Positions 33,989 through 43,833 of a stretch of DNA of 64,000 nucleotides are shown here, piece by piece. Positions within the stretch are counted from its first letter, which is position 1. The number at the start of each line of letters is the position of its first letter. The stretch is from Hormiphora californensis. Its lineage: Eukaryota > Animalia > Ctenophora. The translations under genes and the position numbers were made by a program. The DNA lies in assembly GCA_020137815.1 (NCBI GenBank), contig CM035357.1, positions 2,046,001 to 2,110,000 of the forward strand, given 5' to 3'. Below the pieces are notes generated by a model. That model did no database searches. It saw only the letters and a list, made by a program, of their open reading frames with translations, and had not been told where the DNA came from.

Positions 33989-36900
33989 ATGGTAACTTAC
34001 CTTGACCCCCTGGATATCAGATACACCCAAGACTCGATAGCATGCAGGTTAGTTAGCAGCCTATTTGGTGCACGTTTTACCAGGATGCTCGGGGGGGGGG
34101 GGGGGGGGGGGGGGGGTAAATCGGGGTTCCCAGTATATCGGGGTCAAATACCGTTAATTTCCTTTATCGAGGGAAATGCATCTCGTAAATCGAACTCTGA
34201 CTTTACAATCTATTGTAAAGTCAGAGTTCGATTTACGAGGTGCATTTCCCTCGATAAAGGAAATTAACGGTTATTATGGACAAATGGGGGGGGGGGGGGA
34301 CATGTTAATTGTTAATAAATCACCTCTTTTTTCCGATTTTGTTAATTAACGTTAATTAACAAAATTAACAAAATTAACAAATGCTAAAACATTGGTGTTA
34401 TCGGTTGATAATACGACTTTAACTGATTTAATTTTGTAGTTTAATAACTTATCTAACGTTTGTATACCCATGCAAGGCCTCCTCCCATAACCAAAGTCCA
34501 ACATACAAGTTTTTTGGCTCCAAATAGATCAAAATTTAAAGAGTACGAAATTTCAATTTAGCGTGTAAAATGTCACTTGAATGTAATTTTTTCATTGATA
34601 ATCCATTCTTCAGACGAAAGAAAGTGATGTACAACGTTTCTGTTTGAAAAATACGAAAAAATTCCCAAAATTGCTTTTTTTGGTCAAAAATTGAAAATTT
34701 GCTTCGCTACAAATCCTTGTGTTTTTTTAGAAAAAATTATTTTTGGGATATTTTTCGATTGAAGGTAAATTTATGAGTCTTATTAAGTTTTTAAAGTTGG
34801 AAAATGTGGATTAGTGTCATTTGACCTCAATTGCGGTTCAGGTTGGCTAGTTTTTGTTCGAATTTACAAAATGGAACAAATCGTTGTGGGAAGGCTGTAG
34901 TAGACGGCAGTAGTATAGTGTGGACCGCTCGCACCTGATTCTGTGACGTGGCGGGGCACCAAGTCACGTGACCAACACGTGACGTCACATGGTATCACGT
35001 GACCTGAATACTCTGCTGCTATTGGACGGTTGGTTGTCACGTGACACATCACATGACCAATCACGTACATCACGTGATTTATCATGTGCCAAGTCACGTG
35101 ACCAACACGTGACGTGACATGGTATCACGTGACTGTAGGCACGTGATGATCATGTGACCCATGTATGGTGAGCCATGTTATAACCATATATGGTCAATTT
35201 TTCCGTGCCATGTTATGTCCATATTTGGTCAATTTGTGATGGATGATCATTTGAAAATATCCAATATATCATTCGTGATTATCAATGATCATTCATGATT
35301 ATGAGTGATCATTCGATAGTCATTTTTATAAGACGCAAAAGGGAGACTCTATTGTAGGGGAAGTGAAATATTACAACAATAGCATTACACATCGGCCTCA
35401 CTTTCTTGTTCATCACCACTCTCATCCTCAGATGTCTCACTATCGAATTCCTGATCAGTCACATTTTCAATAGGGTCTTGAGATTTTCTCGGATTGTTAA
35501 AGACCAAACTAGGAAACCTATTTTTCGTAAACTTAACAATTAGTTTAATTGCTGATTCCAAGTTTTTGTCGTAAACATCAATGAGCTTCGTTTCGTTGTA
35601 GACAATTTCCCTTATACTATCCCTTGCTGGAAGAAGTTGTATCTTTTCTTCTGGGGTTAAAACTATCTCTCCATCAAGAACTGCTTTCATCATTAACTTT
35701 ATTAAACCTTGATTGTTAGCAAAATCTGATTTGTAATCAGAGCGGTGAAAGCGACTTTTATGCGTAGCTAAGCTATGCTTGGAAGAAAATGTTCGATCAC
35801 AATGAAAACACTCCATGGTTCATGATTGTGAGTGATCATAATGTCTATATATATATAGGGGGATAGAGAGATTCATTAAATCTCACAATAGCAAATATTA
35901 TAATCATGCGTGTCAGTTATACAGAAGCTACACCCGACCCTGAAGTTTATCGTCAAGCATTAGGAAGGGATCTCGGAGTTTATTCGAATCAAACGGGTGC
36001 GGGATTGGGCGGATTCTTAAAGAAAATTTTTAAATCGGTGATACCAATTGGAAAAACGATACTGAAACAGGGCTTTGAGTTAGCGAAACCTGGTCTCCAA
36101 GATGCTGGAAATCAACTTGTTGGCGCTGCAAGCAACTATGCAGTAAATAAAATTGAATCTGGAGCCAAAAGAATAATTGACAATGTTGGTAAAAGGAAAG
36201 TTGACCAACTCTCTTAAAACGTATCTCCTATAAAAGGGAATATGTTATCTCTGTAGCTAACCATGTCAAAGTACATCAAGTCTGCCGAAGGGTTTCCTTC
36301 GCAACTTCACCTTTGGGATCCCCAACCAACACAAGGAGTAATTGAGGAAACGAAATGGGTGGACATTTATCCTACTAACTCCCTCGAGAACTCTGATGAG
36401 ATTTCGTTTACCATTCCATCTATGGAGCGGTATATGCTGGAAAATGTTGAAATATTCACAGAACTGCGGGTACTTACAGAGAGTAGAGCTAATCCACCGG
36501 CCAAACAAAATGTTTCCACATCACCTCATCTTGCGGCCAGCTTGTGGAGAAATGTTGAGGTTTATGCTGGCGGGGTTTCTTTAACCCAATCTTATGACAA
36601 CTCCTACTCCATGTTCAAGTTTTGGGATGATGTAATTCATAATAATCATGATTCCCGAGCACTACTAAAGCGTCTTGAGGGATTAGATCTTGATTCTGTG
36701 GGTGATAAGACAGATAGTGAAAACTTGGAGTTTTATCCAGCTACAGGGAGTCCTAAAAATGTAAATGGTCAAGAAAGGGCAAAAGTTATTGAAAAGGTAA
36801 AACTGTCTATTTGAGGTCAGATCTAAACATTCCTCTATTCAAACAAGGAAAACTTCTTCCTACTGAAGTAACATTTCAAATTAAGCTGACGAAAAACTAC

Positions 36901-39900
36901 TCCGGGTTTATCCTTCTAGCTGCAGACACTAATACCGATGAAGTTTATTTTGACAAGGTATTCTTAAGATGTACTTTTCAAAGACCTCGGGATACTGTGC
37001 TTAGTATAATTGAAGAGCGACTTGCAAAAGAAAATGCCATCTATCATGCTGACAAAAAAGTTATGAATATTTTTCCAGTGACGGATCGTTCCACCACAAT
37101 ACAGCTCGAAAACCTTATCAATGGTCCTTTACCATACTTCTTCCTTGTATGTGTACAAGACAGAAGCGCCCTAGGAAGAAAGAGGAGTAAAAACCCGTTT
37201 TCACTGAATCTGGTAAAAACAGCTCAGCTGTATGTAAATGGAAAAGAACATTTCCCACGAGCTTTAGAAATTACAGATCATCTTGAGACCAACATGATGG
37301 CAGAGTTTGTAAACGGAACTGGTAGTAAGGGAGACTCTATGGTCATGCACCATTACAGGGTGTATCCAGCCTTGGCATTTGATCTCACGCAAGATAAAAC
37401 ACAAAATCAGCATGGCCTCAACTTGATGCAAAGTGGAACTGTTAGATTGTCCATGGAAATGTTGCGACAACCAACTGAGGATCTAGTAGTGATGGTACTC
37501 GCTTGGTACGAACAAGTTATTGAAGTGAATAAAAATAGACAATTTTTCATTATTTGAAAGTTTAGCATGTTCTTATTTTTAAAGTCACATGAAAACTGGT
37601 GTTTACCTTCGTTCTTTTGTCACCCTAAAATGATCACCAACGATCATTTTACTATAAAAACAATGCTCTCACTGGTAGTTTTAACCATGTACCTTATCGC
37701 TACTAGCCATAAACAAAACCCCAGTCAATTTGTCTTTCGTTCGGAGAATGCTTTAGACTTGAATGGCAACTATGAGGTGGCTGTAAAAAGTGTTAGTCAC
37801 GCTCCTTCATCTACATTTAATGTAACAGAGGGTAACAATCATTTTTTGGTATCCGAAAAGGGACATGATTATGAATCCAGAGATTACTCAATTCCACCTG
37901 GGTGTTATCGAAACGGAGCACAGTTGCTGCTAGCAATGCAACAGGCTATAAGCTCCAAAGAAACGGAAAATCTGGCGAATGGTTCTGATCATTGGCCTAT
38001 CCCAGAGTACTTTGCAGATGAAACAACACATGTATGTACACTGGCGTATCATCATTCCAGTAAAGGATTTGCAACGAGTGAAAATAGTGTTTTGAGGTTT
38101 TTTAAGATTTACATGGAAAACAGTCCATTGCACCTTTTACCATCAAAAATTGCGGCTAAAATAGAAGACTTTCCGAGGCATGCAAAACTTGGACATATAT
38201 ATTCAAACATTGTACCACAAGCACACACGGACTATAGACAAAGAAATGAACATGACTCGAGATTTTTCGCTATGTTCCCATTCGAACAAAAATTGGGATA
38301 CAATCATTATGAATTTGTAAACCCTTCTTATTTCAAAGTGAGATTTGTCTATTTGAGCGAAATACAGTTTGTGATTTGTGACAATATGGGTAATCTTTTT
38401 GAGTTTTCAGAAGATGATACGAGAGATTTCCCTACGTCGATGGTTTTGCATTTTCGTAAAGTTAGATGAACAGTTAATTCATAATTTTAGTTTCTTTTGG
38501 AATACATAAATTGGTTGTTATCCTTATGACTGTGTAGTGAAAACACCTGGTACACCTTAAACGCATTTAACACCTCTCTTGTCTAGTGTATCTCCCCCTC
38601 TCTCTCCCTCCCTTTTTCTCTCTCTCTCTCACCCATCAATAACGAATGATCATTGATAATCACGAATGATATATTGGATATTTTCAAATGATCATCCATC
38701 ACAAATTGCCCATATATGGTCATAACATGGCACGGACAAATTGACCATATATGGTCATAACATGGCTCACCATACATGGGTCACATGATCATCACGTGCC
38801 TACAGTCACGTGATACCATGTCACGTCACGTGTTGGTCACGTGACTTGGCACATGATAAATCACGTGATGCACGTGATTGGTCATGTGATGTGTCACGTG
38901 ACAACCAACCGTCCAATAGCAGCAGAGTATTCAGGTCACGTGATACCATGTGACGTCACGTGTTGGTCACGTGACTTGGTGCCCCGCCACGTCACAGAAT
39001 CAGGTGCGAGCGGTCCACACTATACTACTGACGGCTTGTGGGTATGCAAATCATGCAGAAGGAACATCTTTGTTCGCAGAACAACATGCAGCATGTGTAA
39101 TACCAAAAAACACATGCTAAAGGGACTTTAGATGGTATAAATGGCATTTGTTAATGTTTGTTAACTTTTGTTAATTATGTTAATAAATCACCTGTTTTTT
39201 CGATGTTAATATTAACAAAGTTAACAAAATTAACATGTCCCCCCCCCCCCGGACAAATGATTAATCATTTGTCCATAACTCGGTCACTATTTTCTCACCA
39301 GATTCCAGACTGGGGAGTTGTTGGAAGATGTTCTAAATGACTATATCAACAACTACAACAGAAGGAAACCTCGGAAAAAGTCACAGAAATGCCTACGTCG
39401 TCCAATGGGGGTATGTACAATTCCGTTTAAATGCCTCTAGCTCTTATAGGTAAAATCATTTTCCCCAATCATATTTCATGAGTCCTTTTTTTCCTCTCAT
39501 TTCCTAGATCTCATTTCCTAGATCTCATTTCCTAGATCTCATTTCCTAGATCTAATCTCCTAGTTCTTATTTTCTTATCGCCTGATTTTCTTCGTTGTTT
39601 AGGTAGTCTACAATAGTGACTACAACGCATGGTGCAGCTTAGACAACAGACGGCTTTATATTTGGAAAGAGCTGAAGGAAATGGGTTATGTAGATCGAGT
39701 GAAAGTAGAGGATCTCTCAGACAATGTCATGGTAAGTTTTTTAACATGAAGATCAATATGAAACCTTGTCAAGCCTTCCGAAGTATTTTCGCTGACAATA
39801 GTTTGACCTAGGGTCCTCAAGCTCAAAGTAGATCTCGGGCGCAACTTCCTAATAGTGGTCGGACCATCAGAGTTAGATCTGACTCGTATGTGGAACGCGA

Positions 39901-40150
39901 CTCGTCTGTAACTATAATTCCTGAAAGCATTGAGTATCGCTTTAGCGATGATGAGAATTATTCTGATGACGACTCTGAATATGAGTCTGAAGATATCGAA
40001 GAAGATGAAAGTGATGCTGAAAACGGCCAACAGTCATGGTGCTCATGGTTAGTAATGGCTACTCTAAAATCTATCGGAATTAGTATCGCGATCATGATTA
40101 TGGGGATTGGGATAAGTTTGAATACTGATAAAAGTCCTAAAGAATTATAA
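33989..40150 (+). CDS. ParB/sulfiredoxin-like domain protein, paralog 1 (exons 33989-34047, 39302-39410, 39603-39731, 39812-40150); acidic linker plus C-terminal TM anchor
   Basis: LDPLDIRYTQDSIACR|FQTGELLEDVL...P|VVYNSDYNAWCSLDNRRLYIWKEL...GRTIRVRSD; frames consistent across GT-AG junctions; intron 1 holds the MITE plus mini-Polinton. Confidence 0.75.
34149..34272. repeat. Near-perfect ~120-bp palindrome/hairpin (MITE-derived)
   Basis: CCGTTAATTTCCTTTATCGAGGGAAATGCA...TGCATTTCCCTCGATAAAGGAAATTAACGG. Confidence 0.8.
34909..35294 (+). repeat. Left terminal inverted repeat of the mini-Polinton (CACGTG-rich)
   Basis: Reverse complement of 38644-39029. Confidence 0.95.
35385..35816 (-). CDS. 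C2H2 zinc finger plus helical domain resembling a small conserved Polinton protein, acidic C-terminus
   Basis: CFHCDRTFSSKHSLATHKSRFH; LIKLMMKAVLDGEIVLTPEEKIQLLPARDSIREIV resembles the N-x-L-x-G-x-I/V-x-L-T-x-x-x-K motif recalled from Polinton small proteins; AACCATG start context. Confidence 0.7.
   Translation of the reverse strand: MECFHCDRTFSSKHSLATHKSRFHRSDYKSDFANNQGLIKLMMKAVLDGEIVLTPEEKIQLLPARDSIREIVYNETKLIDVYDKNLESAIKLIVKFTKNRFPSLVFNNPRKSQDPIENVTDQEFDSETSEDESGDEQESEADV
35906..36217 (+). CDS. Small Polinton/adintovirus-type virion protein (Gly-rich protease-site-like motif followed by an amphipathic helix)
   Basis: NQTGAGLGGFLKKIFKSVIPIGKTILKQG fits the QxGxGLGxxxxxxFxxxxP pattern recalled from Polinton core/membrane-active proteins; directly upstream of the MCP. 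Confidence 0.75.
   Translation: MRVSYTEATPDPEVYRQALGRDLGVYSNQTGAGLGGFLKKIFKSVIPIGKTILKQGFELAKPGLQDAGNQLVGAASNYAVNKIESGAKRIIDNVGKRKVDQLS
36263..37557 (+). CDS. Polinton-type double-jelly-roll major capsid protein (PY/hexon), ~431 aa, split by a 1-nt frameshift at ~36792-36795
   Basis: N-term SQLHLWDPQPTQGVIEETKWVDIYPTNSLENSDEISFTIP; ASLWRNVEVYAGG; SDLNIPLFKQGKLLP; NPFSL; LYVNGKEHFP; LAFDLTQD; SGTVRLSME; YEQVIEVNKNR. Adding one A joins the two ORFs as EKGKTVYLRSD. Confidence 0.88.
37687..38469 (+). CDS. Polinton-type minor capsid protein (penton/PX, single jelly roll); probable start MYLIATS at 37687
   Basis: NPSQFVFRSENALDLNGNYEVAVKSVSH, IPPGCY, IYSNIV, NPSYFKV...LSEIQFVICDNMGNLFEF...MVLHFRK fit the penton consensus as recalled; TATA box and AACCATG upstream. 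Confidence 0.85.
   Translation: MYLIATSHKQNPSQFVFRSENALDLNGNYEVAVKSVSHAPSSTFNVTEGNNHFLVSEKGHDYESRDYSIPPGCYRNGAQLLLAMQQAISSKETENLANGSDHWPIPEYFADETTHVCTLAYHHSSKGFATSENSVLRFFKIYMENSPLHLLPSKIAAKIEDFPRHAKLGHIYSNIVPQAHTDYRQRNEHDSRFFAMFPFEQKLGYNHYEFVNPSYFKVRFVYLSEIQFVICDNMGNLFEFSEDDTRDFPTSMVLHFRKVR
38644..39029 (-). repeat. Right terminal inverted repeat of the mini-Polinton
   Basis: Reverse complement of 34909-35294. Confidence 0.95.
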
Positions 40151-40508
40151 TCGTGATGTTCCGGGGTTGGTTTCCTAAGACCGGATGGAAGCAAAGCAGC
40201 AAATGCAGATCAACTGCATTGGATTGTTACATAATATGATTCTTTTAATTTTAATACACAGTATCTTTTTATTGGTTGGTCCAACTTTTAAATTATTTTT
40301 GTTCGCAATATAGTGTTTTTTAATGGTTCTTGTCCTTTTTGCAAAAATATAATGTTTAAATGTGTACATAATATGTGGTTATTTTTCTAAAATGCTTTGT
40401 AGTTTTTTGCCATAGACCCGAAATCCCTATCCGAAATCCCTGGCCCTATAAATCCCCCTAGTAGCATTTCTTATCTACAAAACACAACATATCTTCTAGC
40501 CTTGTTTC

Positions 40509-42364
40509 ATGGCTCAAGGGTCATGTCACCTCGACCCCCTGGATATTAGATACACCCAAGACTCGATAGCGTGCAGGTCAGTTTTGTTCTAACCCTCCTT
40601 TACAATTGTTCTCTCAGAAGTGACATCATTTAAGCCATTTGTTTTACAGATTCCAGACAGGGGAGTTGCTGGAGGATGTTCTGGCGGACTATACTGATAC
40701 TGGGTACTCTGCTAACAAGGCCCTGCGCTGTCCTATAAAGGTAAACACCCCACAAGGCCATAGCAACAGGGAGAGTCCTTAGATATACACAACTATAGTA
40801 CTCAAGATGATTCATTTATAGTTCATGTTGTAAGGGACAAAACAAGTTAACTAACTTGTTAACTTGTTAATTAATTTGTTGTTATTTCCTGACTCTGCTG
40901 TTTCAGGTGATCTATGATGAAGTATACAATATCTGGTGGAGTGTAGACAATCGAAGGTTGTTTGTTTTCAAGAGGTTGAGGGAGATGGGTTATGTAAATG
41001 ATATTTTCGTCAGGGACATCTCAGAAACACAGGTCAGAGATCAGGGGGTAGATCAGGGGGGGGGGGCACAGGTCAGCGAGGGAGGGGCTAATTGTAACGA
41101 GCTATCACTTTCACAGAGTCAATAAGTTGACCAATCGGCTGTTTTTGAGTCGCATAGAGACCAGGGGGTGGGACTTAGGTCGCGGAGGAGGGACAGGTCA
41201 GGGGATGGGACACAGGTCAGGAGCAGTGGGGAATGTAACCATCTGCATCTATCACTTTTGACTTGGTTAAATCCCGGCTAACAGTCCTCGACCCTGTCTG
41301 GCGGCGCCAGACCCCAATTTGATTCTCACGCGACAGTGTGCTCAGATGGGTCGCGGCGCCAGACAGCCTCGACCAGGCTGCTAAGAGATCCTGGATTCAA
41401 CTTCCTGAAGGTGGGCTGACCGTGAGAATTAGATCGGATGCCGGTCCACCACCGTCTGTTAATTTAAGTGGTTATCCACATCGCTGGACCGATTTACACT
41501 ATGATTCTATCAGGTACCTTGCTGGACAACACATCTTAGTTTCCAAGATATGAATACTATCAACATAGACAACCATCATCATGTTACAAAAGAAAACAAC
41601 GCATATTTTGGGGGTCTTAACTTTTTTCTCTCTTTTATTCTAGCGGTGAGGAAGATGGGTGGGATGATTATGATGGGTACAGCTCTGCTGATGAATGGGA
41701 GGAGTACGATTGGAGTGAATATTATGAAGAGGGAGATGAGGAATATTATAAAGAGGGAGGTGAAGAGGGAGGGGAATACTATGACGAAGGAGAAGGTGAA
41801 GAGGAATATTACGAGGATGGAGAAGGTGAGGAATGTTACGAGGATGAAGAAGAGGAAGAGGAATACTACGAAGGAGAATGTGAATGCTATGACGAAGGAT
41901 CGCAAGGGATTGCTTACTATGGGGGCGAAGAAGCTGAGGGGAATTATAGAGATGGAGAGGAAGATGACGAGTACTATTATGGAGAGGGAGACGAGTACTA
42001 TGGAGAGGGAGAGTATGAACAAGAAGCCGATTATCAATGTTATGATACCGAATATCGCGGTGATGAAGGAGGAGGGGATGAGGCAGATGTTGATGAACTT
42101 TTGGGAAGATTCAGCGTCGATTGGGCAGGACTTGGGAACGCTAACACCGGTTACTACGATTATGGTAACGGTTACCATGGTTACCACGATGATGGTAACG
42201 GCTACCATGGTTACCACGATGCTGGGCAAGGTTACCATGGTTACCATGGTGATCGTGAAAATGATACTGACCATGACAACTACTACGAACACTATGAAGA
42301 CTACGAACACTTTGAAGAGGACTACGTCGATTACTGTGATTATTTTGATGACGGGTATGATTGA
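40509..42364 (+). CDS. ParB/sulfiredoxin-like domain protein, paralog 2 (exons 40509-40576, 40650-40740, 40907-41032, 41377-41513, 41644-42364); ~240-aa Glu/Asp/Tyr/Gly-rich tail
   Basis: LDPLDIRYTQDSIACR|FQTGELLEDVL...CPIK|VIYDEVYNIWWSVDNRRLFVFKRL...GLTVRIRSD; exon phases consistent; last exon GEEDGWDDYDGY...FDDGYD*. Confidence 0.8.
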
Positions 42365-42816
42365 TGAGCGGCGTACTAGATAGCAGTGTCATAGTGGGGT
42401 AAATTTTTAATTCACACGTTTACTTTTCTTAATGTTAACACACTTTTTAAGTTATTAAATAACCAACTTCTATTTTTTATAACTCTAACCGACAATTGAT
42501 ATTTTTTAATCATTTGTAAGGGTTCAAATGTACCGAATTATTAATCGAATTCAATTTATATTAAACCTCGTAACTTCTCTGACTTTTGGCTCGAACCCTT
42601 TGCCCTGTACACCTTCTATATAATATCAGTATGTAGTAGGGTGAAATACCAGCGACCTGGTATTTGTACATACGAGTGTATGTCTTTATGTGTACAATTC
42701 AAGGTAGCCGGTATTTCACTCCACTATAACCCATAAGCGGCTCATTAACCGTTTGCCACTACAATCTCTCGTACCTTCTGTATCCCTAATATCCCACTAT
42801 CATTTTACAGCTACCA

Positions 42817-43455
42817 ATGTCCTATTACTCTATTATCGGTATACTAAACGAACCAGCCAATGAAGTCATCGATAACCTAGGAGGAGTACACGGTGAGTTT
42901 TCCGAGTTGGCAATTAATGGAACAGATAGTAATTTGGGAGAGGAGGCTTCGGGTAGTACTGCAGGAGAGGAGGCTTCGGGTAGTACTTTGGGAGAGGAGG
43001 CTTCGGGTAGTACTGCAGGAGAGGAGGCCTCGGGTAGTACTGCAGGAGAGGAGGCATTGGTTAATGCAGTAGGAGAGGATTCGTGTACTGAAGGAGACGA
43101 TTCGTGTACTGAAGGAGAAGATTCGGGTACCGAAGGAGAAGATTTGGGTTCTGAAGGAGAAGATTTGGGTTCTGAAGGAGATATTGATTCGGACACTGCT
43201 GCAAAAGGCACTGACGCCGGAAACGAATTTTGTGCTTGTGGAAATGATCATGATGCATGCGGATATTCTCCTTGTGCCTATTTGGGTCCTGAAGAGTGGG
43301 AAGGTCAGCACTGCTACGATGGCAGTGATATGGCATTTTACATTGGAGACTGCATTGACCATCAAACGAGTTATAATGATTTATATGATTATGGGTTTTT
43401 TGATGTTGAAGAACCAGAAGCTAGGGGTCATTTTGGTAATCTGAATTATTTGTAG
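42817..43455 (+). CDS. Acidic low-complexity orphan protein with GEEASGSTA and (D/E)SxTEGE repeats and a Cys-containing C-terminus
   Basis: 212-aa ORF; in-frame 27-bp and 21-bp tandem repeats; TTTTACAG acceptor 6 nt upstream of the ATG. Confidence 0.55.
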   Translation: MSYYSIIGILNEPANEVIDNLGGVHGEFSELAINGTDSNLGEEASGSTAGEEASGSTLGEEASGSTAGEEASGSTAGEEALVNAVGEDSCTEGDDSCTEGEDSGTEGEDLGSEGEDLGSEGDIDSDTAAKGTDAGNEFCACGNDHDACGYSPCAYLGPEEWEGQHCYDGSDMAFYIGDCIDHQTSYNDLYDYGFFDVEEPEARGHFGNLNYL

Positions 43456-43833
43456 GGTTGGGAGAGTTTTAAACTTATTTTCAATTTTGCAACTAATTAA
43501 CTAGTTACTAATTATTATTTTATTTATCGCCAACGCCATGAATTTTTAGTGATTTTCTATTTATACCGATTTATATGCATGATATGATATTTATACAAAT
43601 TAAAAACAACAGAAGTTGATATGATATTTATTATTTCTTTTAAAATTCTATGTAGACTGTAGCTTGTGATTTTCCTTTTATTTGTAAAATGTATTCTCTT
43701 AAAATAGATATAGTTTTCCTTTACCCCCGGACCCTTGATGAACCTTCTGGTACACCGTGTGACCACATCCGTATACACCTTCTTACAATAACCTTCTCTC
43801 TCTTTTATAGCCGTATGGCTTTGCAGAAGAATT

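Larger units (their letters stand above)
34909..39029. mobile_element. Mini-Polinton/Maverick (endogenous adintovirus-like element), 4,121 bp, structural genes only
   Basis: Ends AGTAGTATAGTGTGG...CCACACTATACTACT; 386-bp TIRs (34909-35294 and 38644-39029, about 6 mismatches seen); 6-bp TSD GACGGC (34903-34908, 39030-39035); capsid-like ORFs inside. Confidence 0.93.
34286..39250. mobile_element. Poly-G/poly-C-ended MITE (~840 bp net) interrupted by the mini-Polinton
   Basis: G-run+ACATGTTAATT...AATTAACATGT+C-run termini; 8-bp TSD GGACAAAT at 34278-34285 and 39251-39258; uninterrupted relatives at 55041-55869 and ~63151-63937. Confidence 0.88.

Noticed and set aside
34864-35097. ORF MTWHMINHV... 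and its mirror at 38841-39131
   Set aside because: Incidental translations of the TIRs running into flanking MITE sequence
37567-37686. N-terminal 40 codons of the 300-aa penton ORF
   Set aside because: Contains the TATA box; penton-like similarity and the AACCATG context start at 37687
41550-42383. 277-aa Met/Lys/Thr-rich ORF and the antisense 243-aa hydrophobic ORF
   Set aside because: Shadow frames of the acidic last exon of paralog 2, whose frame is fixed by splice phase
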